Source of the DNA: an uncultured bacterium
Lineage (GTDB): Bacteria; Poribacteria; WGA-4E; GCA-2687025
DNA: 64,000 nt
Reading direction: 5' to 3'
Assembly: GCA_964473525.1 (NCBI GenBank)
Contig: CAYYPK010000034.1
Location: 2,408-66,407 of the forward strand
In this document: positions 34,568 to 43,195 of the stretch, piece by piece
How the letters are laid out: the number at the start of each line of letters is the position of its first letter
How positions within the stretch are numbered: position 1 is the stretch's first letter
Notes under the pieces: generated by a model
Told to the model about the DNA's origin: nothing
Seen by the model: the letters and a program-made list of their open reading frames with translations, nothing else
Databases searched by the model: none
Position numbers and translations under genes: made by a program

Positions 34568-36280
34568 ATGGGAAAGTCCACGCCTGCGTCTGCGTCTGCG
34601 GACAGCCGCCGGCATGATCTGGACGCCTTACGCGCCACCGCCATGCTGCTGGGGATCGCCCTGCACGCCTCTCTCTCGTTCGTCAAGGTCGCTTGGGTAG
34701 TGCAAGACAGCCGGGAGCACGCCCTGTTCGGCCTGTTCGGCCTGTTTGCCGCTGTCGTACACGGGTTTCGGATGCCGCTGTTCTTCCTGCTTAGCGGCTT
34801 CTTCACCGCAATGCTCTGGAGACGAAGGGGCCTGAAGTCCCTCCTTGGGCAGCGAGTCCGTCGCATCGTCCTGCCGCTTGCCCTGTGCATGGTCACGGTC
34901 ATCCCGACTATGGCCGTGGTGAATGGGATCGCGATGGCAACGGGCATCGAGCGCTCAACCGTCCGCGAACAGAGCGGGGTTGCGCAAGCCGACATTTGGG
35001 CAGCCGCGCGAAGCGGCGCCGTCGACGCGATCCGCGAACACCTCGCCGCTGGCGTCGACGTCGACAGTCAGCACCCCGAGTCTGGCGGGACGGCGCTGGC
35101 CATGGCGACCCTGGGCGACCAGACTGAGGCTGTCGATCTGCTGCTGCGCAGAGGAGCCGATGTGAACGCGCGCGGCAGGGACAAGGGTACTGCCCTGCAC
35201 GCCGCCGCGTTCCTCGGCCACGCCGGGCCAGCTCGCCTGCTTGTCGAAGCGGGCGCCGACCTAGCCGCGCGAAACGGCTCTGGAGCGACGCCCACAGAAG
35301 TCCTGGCGACCGATTGGCCTACGACGCAGTTCATCGCCGAGCTCCTCTCGATCACAGTGGAGGAGGACAAGGTCATGGCGGGGAGGGAAGAGGTCGCTGC
35401 CCTTCTCGCGGAGGGCGATTCAGGCGCGCGGGTACCCGGCAGGTCCGCGGGGGCGCCGGCCCGGCAGCTCAAGGGGGTCCGGTCAGGGCGGATCCAGCAG
35501 CTCATGGCGACACCTGTATTCCACCATCTGTGGTTCCTGTGGTTCCTGTGCTGGCTGGTACCCGGCTTCGCCGTCTGTGCGGCAGTAGCAGACAGGCTTG
35601 GGTGGCAAGGGGCTCCTGCGTGGCTGGTCGTGTCGCCGGCGAGATTCCTGTGGCTCATACCGCTGACGCTGGTCCCGCAGTGGTTCATGGGACAGGCGCC
35701 TGGCAACTTCGGGCCCGACACGTCCGCAGGGCTTCTGCCGATGCCCCGCGTGCTGCTCTACTACGCGGTGTTCTATGGCTTCGGCGCGCTGCATTACGAC
35801 GCCGACGACAGCGAGGGGCGTGTCGGGCGCTGGTGGTGGCTGGCGTTGCCTGTGGCGTTCGTGCTGGCCCTTCCGCTGGGACTGGCGTTTTCCATGGGCG
35901 CCGTGGATAGCGTGGACCCACAAGCCCGTCGCGCGATTTCAGCCGTAGCGCAGGTAGGCTACGCGTGGCTTATGACGTTCGGACTGATGGGCCTATTCCG
36001 CGCGGTGCTTTCGCGCGAGCGCCGGTGGGTGCGCTACGTCTCGGACTCGTCGTACTGGCTGTACATTGCGCATCTGCCGCTCATCATCTGTGCGCAGATG
36101 GTCGTGCGCGACTGGCAGACGCCCGCGATCGTGAAGTTCCTCTTCGTCTGTGTCGCCGTCACTGGGGTGCTTCTGCTGGTCTACCACACGGTGGTTCGGT
36201 ACACGTGGCTTGGGAAGCTCCTCAACGGGCCGCGCCAGAGGCCGGGGAAGGCGGGCGCAGCTCCCTCCGCGACGGCGTGA
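34568..36280 (+). CDS. Acyltransferase_3-family membrane protein with an inserted ankyrin-repeat loop
   Basis: 'RRHDLDALRATAMLLGIALH' is the acyltransferase-3 N-terminal motif. About 10 TM. The central soluble ~200 aa carry ANK repeats ('GGTALAMATLGDQTEAVDLLLRRGADVNARGRDKGTALHAAAFLGHAGPARLLVEAGADL'). Confidence 0.7.
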   Translation: MGKSTPASASADSRRHDLDALRATAMLLGIALHASLSFVKVAWVVQDSREHALFGLFGLFAAVVHGFRMPLFFLLSGFFTAMLWRRRGLKSLLGQRVRRIVLPLALCMVTVIPTMAVVNGIAMATGIERSTVREQSGVAQADIWAAARSGAVDAIREHLAAGVDVDSQHPESGGTALAMATLGDQTEAVDLLLRRGADVNARGRDKGTALHAAAFLGHAGPARLLVEAGADLAARNGSGATPTEVLATDWPTTQFIAELLSITVEEDKVMAGREEVAALLAEGDSGARVPGRSAGAPARQLKGVRSGRIQQLMATPVFHHLWFLWFLCWLVPGFAVCAAVADRLGWQGAPAWLVVSPARFLWLIPLTLVPQWFMGQAPGNFGPDTSAGLLPMPRVLLYYAVFYGFGALHYDADDSEGRVGRWWWLALPVAFVLALPLGLAFSMGAVDSVDPQARRAISAVAQVGYAWLMTFGLMGLFRAVLSRERRWVRYVSDSSYWLYIAHLPLIICAQMVVRDWQTPAIVKFLFVCVAVTGVLLLVYHTVVRYTWLGKLLNGPRQRPGKAGAAPSATA

Positions 36281-36383
36281 CTAGCGAGGGCGCGCGCGCC
36301 CCTGACGCGCCGCGCGTCTTGACGTCGGTTGAATCTCATATGGTTAGCCAGTAGCCTACGCTCAGACGTTGGCGGGGCGATCC

Positions 36384-38654
36384 ATGCCACATTCGGACGC
36401 ACAGGCAGACGCACGGGCAGAGCCGCGTGATGGGCGCCATTGGCAGGTCGGCATTCCCGGCCTCGCGCCAGACTCTGAACACGCCCAGCTCGTCATCCTG
36501 TTCACGGACATCGCGGGATCGACGAAGCTCAAAGATAGCATGCCCGGTGACGACTACCACGCGCTGCTACTCGACCACGACGCAATCCTGAAGGACATCA
36601 TCACTCGCGACGACGCCGGGACGTGCGCCAAGCACACCGGCGACGGGTACCTCGCCGCGTTTCGCTTGAAGGATGTCGCCGTGCAGCGCGCTCTCGATAT
36701 GCAGCGCGCCATGCGCGACCACAAGCTCAGCATACGTGTCGGCATCAACGCCGGGCAGGTGCGCCTCAGGCGGATGGACGACGGCCGCTTCGACGTGTTC
36801 GGCCACAACGTCGATTGGGCGGCGCGCGCTGAGGCCATGGTGGAAGCTGGACACATATGCGTCACGCGCCCGGTGCACACGGACGCCTCGCGACAGCTTA
36901 ACTCCGGCGTCTGCTCGTGGAAACACCACGGCGAGTACGTCGTCAAGGACGGCGAGACCCCGCTCGACATCTGGGAGCCGCACGAGGCGGACGTCGATCC
37001 GATGCAGGCGCCACGCGGAAGCCGCATGTACGGCGCCCACCCGACGACATGGCACGTCCCCATACGCCGCAACCGCAACTTCACGGGTCGCGAAGGCATC
37101 CTGACGACGCTGTACGACTCGCTGCACAACCCGGCCCACGGAAACGAGAAAGATCGCGCCGCTCTGACGCAGACGGACGCCATTCACGGCCTCGGCGGCA
37201 TCGGTAAGACCCAGATCGCGGCGGAATACGCGCACCGCTACGCGGGCGAATACAACTGCGTGTGGTGGGTCGCCGCGGAGGATGCCTCCTCCCGACAGAC
37301 GGGCTACGTTGCGTTTGCGCAGCAACTGGGCCTGCCGCAGAAGGACGCGCAGGATCAGACCGTCACCGTGGCTGCCGTGCGTGAGTGGCTGCGCCTGAAC
37401 GACAAGTGGCTGCTGATACTCGACAACGCCCCGGACGCCGACGCCGTCGCGGACCTGCTACCCGACGGCGACTCAGGACACATCGTCATCACGTCGCGGA
37501 GCGCCGCCTGGCGAGGGACCGCGCGACCCCTGCTCGTGGTTACATGGCCGCGCGAGGAATCCGTTGAGTTCCTGCGCGCCCGCACGGGAGACGAGGGCGA
37601 CGCGGCAGACACACTCGCCGACGAGTTGGGCGACCTGCCTCTGGCGCTGGAGCAAGCGGCGGCGTACATGGACGCGGCGGGGATATCGTACGACGAATAC
37701 CTGGCGGGCTACCGCGAGGATCCCGCCGACGCGATGGAAACCGCAGCCCCGCTCGCGCACCCCGACCCGGTCGCAAGGACGTGGGAAGTGTCCATGGAGC
37801 GCGTTCGCGAGGAGTCGCCGGAGGCAGCGGACCTGCTGAACCTGTGCGCCTTCTTCGCGCCGGACGACATCCCGCGCGGCATCATCACGGAGGGCGCGGA
37901 GCATCTGCCCGAGCCATTGGCCTCAGCAGTGAGCAGTGTGCGCGCCATGGGAAGGGTCACGATCGCGCTACGGCAGTATTCGCTGATGACCGTGGACGGG
38001 GACGCGCTGTCAGTGCACCGGCTTGTGCAGCAGGTTGTGCGAGACAGCATGTCCGACGACGACCGCCAGCGATGGTGGGAATGCGCCGTGCGTTTGCTGT
38101 CCAAAGCGATGCCGGCAGACGTCCTAACCGATCCCGAGGTGTGGCCCACGTACGACCGCTTACTGTCCCACGTCCGCGCTGTGACAGAGGGCGAGACGGA
38201 GCCGGGGTCAGCCGCAGACGCGCTTGGGAGCATCCTCAATCACGCTGGTGCCTACCTTCAGATCCGCGCGCAGTTTGCCGAGGCCGCTGACATGCTCAGG
38301 CAAGCGGCTGCGGTCTACGAAGCCGATCTTGGACCCGACCACCCGGCCGTGGCGACCTCCGTCAACAACCTGGGCCTCGTGCTCAAGAGTCAGGGCGATC
38401 TGGACGGCGCGAAAGAGTGCTACGAACGCTCATTGCGTCTGGGCGAAGCCACCTACGGACCCAACCACCCGACCGTGGCGATCCGCGTCAACAACCTGGG
38501 CGGCGTCCTTTTCACTCAGGGCGACCAGGACGGCGCGAACGAGTGCTACGAACGCGCAATGCACATATTCGAGCAGGTCCTTGGTGCCGGACATCCGAGC
38601 ACGGAGACCGTGCGGCGCAGCCTCGCTGTAGTCCTCAGCCAGATGCGCGGCTGA
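36384..38654 (+). CDS. STAND NTPase: class III adenylate cyclase domain + NB-ARC + TPR repeats
   Basis: Cyclase: 'ILFTDIAGST', 'KHTGDGYLAAF', 'RVGINAGQV', 'GHNVDWAARAE'. NB-ARC: Walker A 'GLGGIGKTQIA', Walker B 'LLILDNA', 'ITSRS', 'GDLPLALEQAAAY'. C-terminal TPR_10/12-type repeats. The start could also be the TTG at 36369. Confidence 0.8.
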   Translation: MPHSDAQADARAEPRDGRHWQVGIPGLAPDSEHAQLVILFTDIAGSTKLKDSMPGDDYHALLLDHDAILKDIITRDDAGTCAKHTGDGYLAAFRLKDVAVQRALDMQRAMRDHKLSIRVGINAGQVRLRRMDDGRFDVFGHNVDWAARAEAMVEAGHICVTRPVHTDASRQLNSGVCSWKHHGEYVVKDGETPLDIWEPHEADVDPMQAPRGSRMYGAHPTTWHVPIRRNRNFTGREGILTTLYDSLHNPAHGNEKDRAALTQTDAIHGLGGIGKTQIAAEYAHRYAGEYNCVWWVAAEDASSRQTGYVAFAQQLGLPQKDAQDQTVTVAAVREWLRLNDKWLLILDNAPDADAVADLLPDGDSGHIVITSRSAAWRGTARPLLVVTWPREESVEFLRARTGDEGDAADTLADELGDLPLALEQAAAYMDAAGISYDEYLAGYREDPADAMETAAPLAHPDPVARTWEVSMERVREESPEAADLLNLCAFFAPDDIPRGIITEGAEHLPEPLASAVSSVRAMGRVTIALRQYSLMTVDGDALSVHRLVQQVVRDSMSDDDRQRWWECAVRLLSKAMPADVLTDPEVWPTYDRLLSHVRAVTEGETEPGSAADALGSILNHAGAYLQIRAQFAEAADMLRQAAAVYEADLGPDHPAVATSVNNLGLVLKSQGDLDGAKECYERSLRLGEATYGPNHPTVAIRVNNLGGVLFTQGDQDGANECYERAMHIFEQVLGAGHPSTETVRRSLAVVLSQMRG

Positions 38655-38709
38655 CCAAGCGACCGTCGCAGCCGAGGCATCTTCGCGCGGACAGCAACAC
38701 GGCGGTCGT

Positions 38710-38749
38710 CCCGAGACCCTTCGTCGTCTTTGGCTCCTCAGGGCGACAG
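38710..38749. repeat. Intergenic repeat copy A (GACCCTTCGTCG.CT..GGCTCCTCAG)
   Basis: Direct repeat of 38848..38889, near-identical core by eye. Confidence 0.4.
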
Positions 38750-38793
38750 GCGTGGGTGTGTGGCGCGTCCGCCGGCCCACCAGCCCCAGCCAT

Positions 38794-38889
38794 GTCATGC
38801 TGAGCGTCAGCGAAGCATCTCCCGGTGCGTAGCGCGGCGTTGGTTGCCCCCGAAGACCCTTCGTCGCCTCCGGCTCCTCAGCGTGGCAG
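38794..38889. repeat. REP-like element with imperfect inverted arms, plus repeat copy B
   Basis: GTCATGCTGAGCGTCAGCGAAGCATCTC (38794..38822) is partly complementary to ..GACCCTTCGTCGCCTCCGGCTCCTCAGCGTGGC (38848..38889). The left arm resembles 10507..10533. Confidence 0.4.
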
Positions 38890-39006
38890 TCGGAGCGCGC
38901 TGCGGTCATCCCACGCGGCCGCTCAATTGCCGCGAAACCGCGCCCGTGCTAGACTTCGCGGCCGTGGCACGCTTCCAACGACATTTCACGACGCAGGGAG
39001 AAACAG

Positions 39007-40023
39007 GTGGCTGACGAGATTCGCGGAGCCGTCATAGGCTACGGCGCCGCGTTCAACATGGGACGTCATCACGTCCACGCGATGAACCGCACCGACGGTA
39101 TCAACACCGTCGCTATCCTCGACATCGATGAGGCGCGCACGGCGGCCGCGAAGGAAGAATTCCCCGAAGTAGAGGTGTTCAACTCCCTCGACGATATGAT
39201 CGCCTGGGGTGAATTCGACGTAGCCGTGAACGTGCTTCCGCACAATCTTCACCACGGGCCCACCCTGGCTTGCCTCCAGGCTGGCAAGCACGCCATCGTC
39301 GAGAAGCCCTTCACCATCACCATCGCCGAAGCGACGGACCTGATAGAAGCGGCGAAGCAGAACGATGTCGTCGTGACGGTCCACCACAACCGCCGGTGGG
39401 ACCAGGACTTCTGGACGCTCAAGGGGCTGGTCGAGAGCGGCGTCATCGGTCAGGTGTACAACATCGAGATGTGGGGCGGCGGCTACGGCAAGCCGAACCC
39501 CGACTGGTGGCGTAGCTCCAAAGCGGTGTCGGGCGGCGCGTTCTACGACTGGGGCGCCCACTTCATCGACTGGCTGCTAAACGTCATCCCCGACAAGATG
39601 GTGAACATCACCGGCTTCTTCCACGATCTCGTGTGGGACGACATCACGAACGAAGACCACGTGCATGGGCTCATCCGGTTCGCCAACGGGTGCAGCGCGG
39701 ACATCCAGATGTCGCAGATCGCCACGGTAGGAAAGCAGCGTTGGCGCCTGTTGGGCTCCCACGGCTCCATCACGGACGGCGACGGCTGCTTCCACGTGCA
39801 GTCGAAGCTGGACGACCAGCCCGACAGCCAGGAAGTGAAGTACGAAGGTCGGCCTGGCCCGAGCTTCTACGAGAACTTCGTCTCCTACATCAACGACCCG
39901 GTGAACACGAGCCTCATCGTGACGCCGGAGTCCGCGCGGCGCGTCATTGCCGTGCTGGAGCTCTCCGAGAAGTCCTCGCGCACGCACCAGGCGGAGACCG
40001 TGCCTTACGAGTTCGAAGACTAG
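39007..40023 (+). CDS. Gfo/Idh/MocA-family NAD(P)-dependent oxidoreductase
   Basis: GTG start after AGGGAGA. 'GAVIGYGAAFNMGRHH' Rossmann start and 'EKPFTITIAEA' family motif. Confidence 0.8.
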   Translation: MADEIRGAVIGYGAAFNMGRHHVHAMNRTDGINTVAILDIDEARTAAAKEEFPEVEVFNSLDDMIAWGEFDVAVNVLPHNLHHGPTLACLQAGKHAIVEKPFTITIAEATDLIEAAKQNDVVVTVHHNRRWDQDFWTLKGLVESGVIGQVYNIEMWGGGYGKPNPDWWRSSKAVSGGAFYDWGAHFIDWLLNVIPDKMVNITGFFHDLVWDDITNEDHVHGLIRFANGCSADIQMSQIATVGKQRWRLLGSHGSITDGDGCFHVQSKLDDQPDSQEVKYEGRPGPSFYENFVSYINDPVNTSLIVTPESARRVIAVLELSEKSSRTHQAETVPYEFED

Positions 40024-40104
40024 GCGCGGCCTGACGGTTCGATCACGTTGCACGCCCCGGCCATCCGGCCGGGGCCGTCTTGTTTCTGGGGGTCGTGAAG
40101 CAGG

Positions 40105-40962
40105 ATGGCGGAGGTCAAGGCGGAGAGCATCGCCGTCAACGGCGTCACGCTGCACACGACGCGACAGGGCAAGGGCAAAGCGATCGTCCTGTGCCACGGT
40201 GGACCCGGCGGCTACGACGACCTCGGACCCGTCGCGGACATGCTGGACGACCTCGGTCGTGTCTATCGGTACGACCAACGCGGGTCGGGCAGGTCAGAGC
40301 GGCGCGGCCCGTACGATGTCGCGACATTCGTGGACGACCTCGAGGCGCTCAGGAAGCGATGGCGCGTTCGCAAGTGGGTTGTCGGCGGTCACTCGTGGGG
40401 AGCTTCGCTAGCCCTCATCTACGCGGCGCGGTACCCGTCGAAGACGCGGGCGCTTGTCTACATCAGCGGCACGGGCATCGACCCGCGCTGGCGAACGGAA
40501 TACCGCCGCGCGCGACTGACTCGGCTCACCACGGAGGCGCGCGCCCGCTTCGAGGCGCTGAATCGGCTGCGCGCCCGCGCGACGGATAGCCAGCGCGCCC
40601 TCATCGCCCACGAGCGGCAGACGATACTTACTCCCACGAACTACCACGATCCCGGCGCGGCGCCCGAGCCCCCCGGAGACCACGACCGGCTCGTTAACAT
40701 CGAGGTGAACGCGCACGTGAACGACGACCACGAGCGGATCGTGTCGAACCCACGGTTTCTCACACGCGTGGCGCAGCTGCCCATGCCTACGCTCGTCGTG
40801 CACGGCGCGAGCGACCCCCGCCCAGCGTGGTCCGCGGAGAGCGTAGCGCGAACCGTGGCGGACGGTGAGTTCGTCTCCCTACCCGGCGTGGGTCACTATC
40901 CCTGGGTGGAGGAGCCAGACCTGCTGCGCGGCGCCTTGCGAGGGTTCCTGCACAAGCTCTAG
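40105..40962 (+). CDS. Alpha/beta hydrolase (proline iminopeptidase-like)
   Basis: 'VLCHGGPGG', nucleophile elbow 'GGHSWGASL', C-terminal 'GVGHYPWVEEP'. Confidence 0.75.
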   Translation: MAEVKAESIAVNGVTLHTTRQGKGKAIVLCHGGPGGYDDLGPVADMLDDLGRVYRYDQRGSGRSERRGPYDVATFVDDLEALRKRWRVRKWVVGGHSWGASLALIYAARYPSKTRALVYISGTGIDPRWRTEYRRARLTRLTTEARARFEALNRLRARATDSQRALIAHERQTILTPTNYHDPGAAPEPPGDHDRLVNIEVNAHVNDDHERIVSNPRFLTRVAQLPMPTLVVHGASDPRPAWSAESVARTVADGEFVSLPGVGHYPWVEEPDLLRGALRGFLHKL

Positions 40963-40987
40963 TCCCTTCTCTGCCTCGCTTCGGCTT

Positions 40988-41758
40988 CTACCGCGCGCCA
41001 GACTTCAGCGTTGCCCATCGCACGGCGGCTTTGCCCTTCGGGTCCACTGCCAACACGGTCGAGGCGAGGCTAGCGTCCGCAGTGGCGATGGCGTTGATCT
41101 CGTCTTCCGACAGCGCCGTGTCGAAGAGGGCCACCTCGTCCATAGCTCCCGCCAACCAGTGCACATCCTTCGTGTCACCCCGCACGCCCATGGAGAGCGA
41201 CTTGTTGCTGGGATTCAGGTCGCCGTTAGCGACGGCGAGCTCGCCCACGTTCTCCCCGTCTTGATAGAGCCGTAGCGTGTCGCCGTCGTACGAGAACGCG
41301 CAATGAGTCCAGATGTCCGTCTCGAGCGCGCCACCCGTTGTGACGGGGGCGTCCACTCCCCAGATGACGTAGCATTGCAACTGCGCGCCGTTCGTGCGGA
41401 AGGCGTAGGCGCCGAGCTCGCCCGCCCAGTCGTATTGCTCGAGGATAGAGTGGTTGCCGGCGACGTTGTCGAACTTCACCCACGCCATGGCCGTCATCGC
41501 GGGCGGGATGAGCACCTGGTCTGGGTCCGGGACCTCGACGTGTCCCGTCGAGCCGTCGAACACGATGCCGCCTCCATACTTGCCGGCGTCCCAGTCCGCG
41601 CCGCCGACGAGTTCTCCGTCGGCCTGCTGTCCCGACGCGTCCACGGTTGTGCCTCCGCTGCCCTCCTCGAACAGCCAGGCGCCGATGAGTTCGCCCCGTG
41701 CGGCGAACGCCGGCGTCAGTAGCAGGATGGCGAGAGCGAAATGGGCGTGCTTAGGCAT
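40988..41758 (-). CDS. Secreted LamG-domain protein, TTWG-type tail
   Basis: ATG at 41758 after GGGAGGA. Signal peptide MPKHAHFALAILLLTPAFA. 'AWLFEEGSGGTTVDASG' and 'LAGAMDEVALFDTALSEDEI'. Ends ..GKAAVRWATLKSGAR. Confidence 0.8.
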   Translation of the reverse strand: MPKHAHFALAILLLTPAFAARGELIGAWLFEEGSGGTTVDASGQQADGELVGGADWDAGKYGGGIVFDGSTGHVEVPDPDQVLIPPAMTAMAWVKFDNVAGNHSILEQYDWAGELGAYAFRTNGAQLQCYVIWGVDAPVTTGGALETDIWTHCAFSYDGDTLRLYQDGENVGELAVANGDLNPSNKSLSMGVRGDTKDVHWLAGAMDEVALFDTALSEDEINAIATADASLASTVLAVDPKGKAAVRWATLKSGAR

Positions 41759-42022
41759 GAGTCGTCCTCCCTCGCGGACATTCGGAATGGCGAACTCCGT
41801 CGAGGCGTGGCGAGACGCCGGCCGACGGCGCCGACAACGTACCTCGCGACAGAGGGCGATGCAACGCCGCACACGTCACTATCGGAGCCGACGCGCCGCT
41901 CAGCACATCTGCGTAGCATATCGTGATCCTTGCCACACAAGGCGGCTAGAGCCTACCCTGTGGCGGCTAGTATCGGCGGGCGCGACGGCGCGCCATTCTC
42001 GACTCAGCCTGGAGGATCGCAT

Positions 42023-43192
42023 ATGTCTCGGTGGCGGATCGGCGGATTGGCGCGCGTTGTCGCGGCTTCCCTGTGCGTCTGTGGGCCGGCTTGGGCGCAG
42101 GCGGAGCGGATCGACGCGGAAGGGCGGCTGGTAGTCCATCCAGACGCGTCCTTGTTCGAGGCGCGCGCGATGGCGCTCTATATGGACGACCATGACGATC
42201 CGTCGACGGGCTCTGTTCTCTTTGACGAGCGCGACGAGGCGTCCGGCGTGCGCGTCATCGCTCTCGTGTCGCCTGCGAGGCAGCCCTCGCCGTCGGAGTT
42301 CTACCTCAGAGTCGGGGTGTGGGGTGATGACGACGGGCCGAGATTCGCCACCGCGCCAACGCTGCACCTCATCGCGCCCGACGACTCCGTGGAGCTGCGA
42401 GGGGTGTGGCGCATCGGCGCCTACGACCGACCAGGGGGCGAACCCACCGGGCTCCCGGAAGCCGCTGCCGACGACGTACTCAACGCGGGCGCCCCTCCAC
42501 GTCGGCTCACCGTGGACGCTGGCCCGGTGCGGCCGGGCGGCGGATCCCGGTTCGTGCGCAACGATGCCGGGGCTGCGGACGCCGCCGGATCAGCCCTGGC
42601 CCGGGCGATCGAGTGGGAGAACTACTACGACACTTACGCGATTCCCGGAACCGGCGACCATCCCGCAGCTGGCTATGAGTACGTCGTTCCCCTTCACGTG
42701 ACCGATGGCAGGCTGATGGCTCGGGCCATCGTGAGCGGGATCGACTGGGAAGCTGAGGACGGCGCTACCCGCCCCTCTGCCGAGAGCGCGGCAGTCGCGG
42801 TCGATCTCGATCACGACGAGCGGGCCGCGTCCCGTACGCGGAGAGAGGCGTTCGCTCCGGCCGCGACGGACATCATCCACGCTGGGGTCATCATCCGCAT
42901 CAACTCGGACACTGTCGGCCGGAAGCCCTATATGCGGGTAGACGCGGCCATACGGTATATCCCCGAGGTCATGCAGGCGGAGGCGGCCCGGATGGAGCGC
43001 CTGCGCGGCCCCGAAGGTAAGGCGCTCGTCGCCAAAGGCATGCTCTCAGCGATGCCAACGGCGGAGGAAATCGAAGCAGATCAACTCGCCGCCATCGACC
43101 GCGCGGAGGAGGCGATTCGGAGGGTTCTCGTCGAGGCGGGCTTCCCGGCTCCAGTGGCAGTGCTGTTCCCGAGCTGGGTGATACAGGGCTAG
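42023..43192 (+). CDS. Secreted protein with the C-terminal FPSWVIQG domain
   Basis: ATG at 42023 after GGAGGA. Signal peptide MSRWRIGGLARVVAASLCVCGPAWA. The last ~105 aa are homologous to the 6574..7002 product. Confidence 0.65.
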   Translation: MSRWRIGGLARVVAASLCVCGPAWAQAERIDAEGRLVVHPDASLFEARAMALYMDDHDDPSTGSVLFDERDEASGVRVIALVSPARQPSPSEFYLRVGVWGDDDGPRFATAPTLHLIAPDDSVELRGVWRIGAYDRPGGEPTGLPEAAADDVLNAGAPPRRLTVDAGPVRPGGGSRFVRNDAGAADAAGSALARAIEWENYYDTYAIPGTGDHPAAGYEYVVPLHVTDGRLMARAIVSGIDWEAEDGATRPSAESAAVAVDLDHDERAASRTRREAFAPAATDIIHAGVIIRINSDTVGRKPYMRVDAAIRYIPEVMQAEAARMERLRGPEGKALVAKGMLSAMPTAEEIEADQLAAIDRAEEAIRRVLVEAGFPAPVAVLFPSWVIQG

Positions 43193-43195
43193 GGC

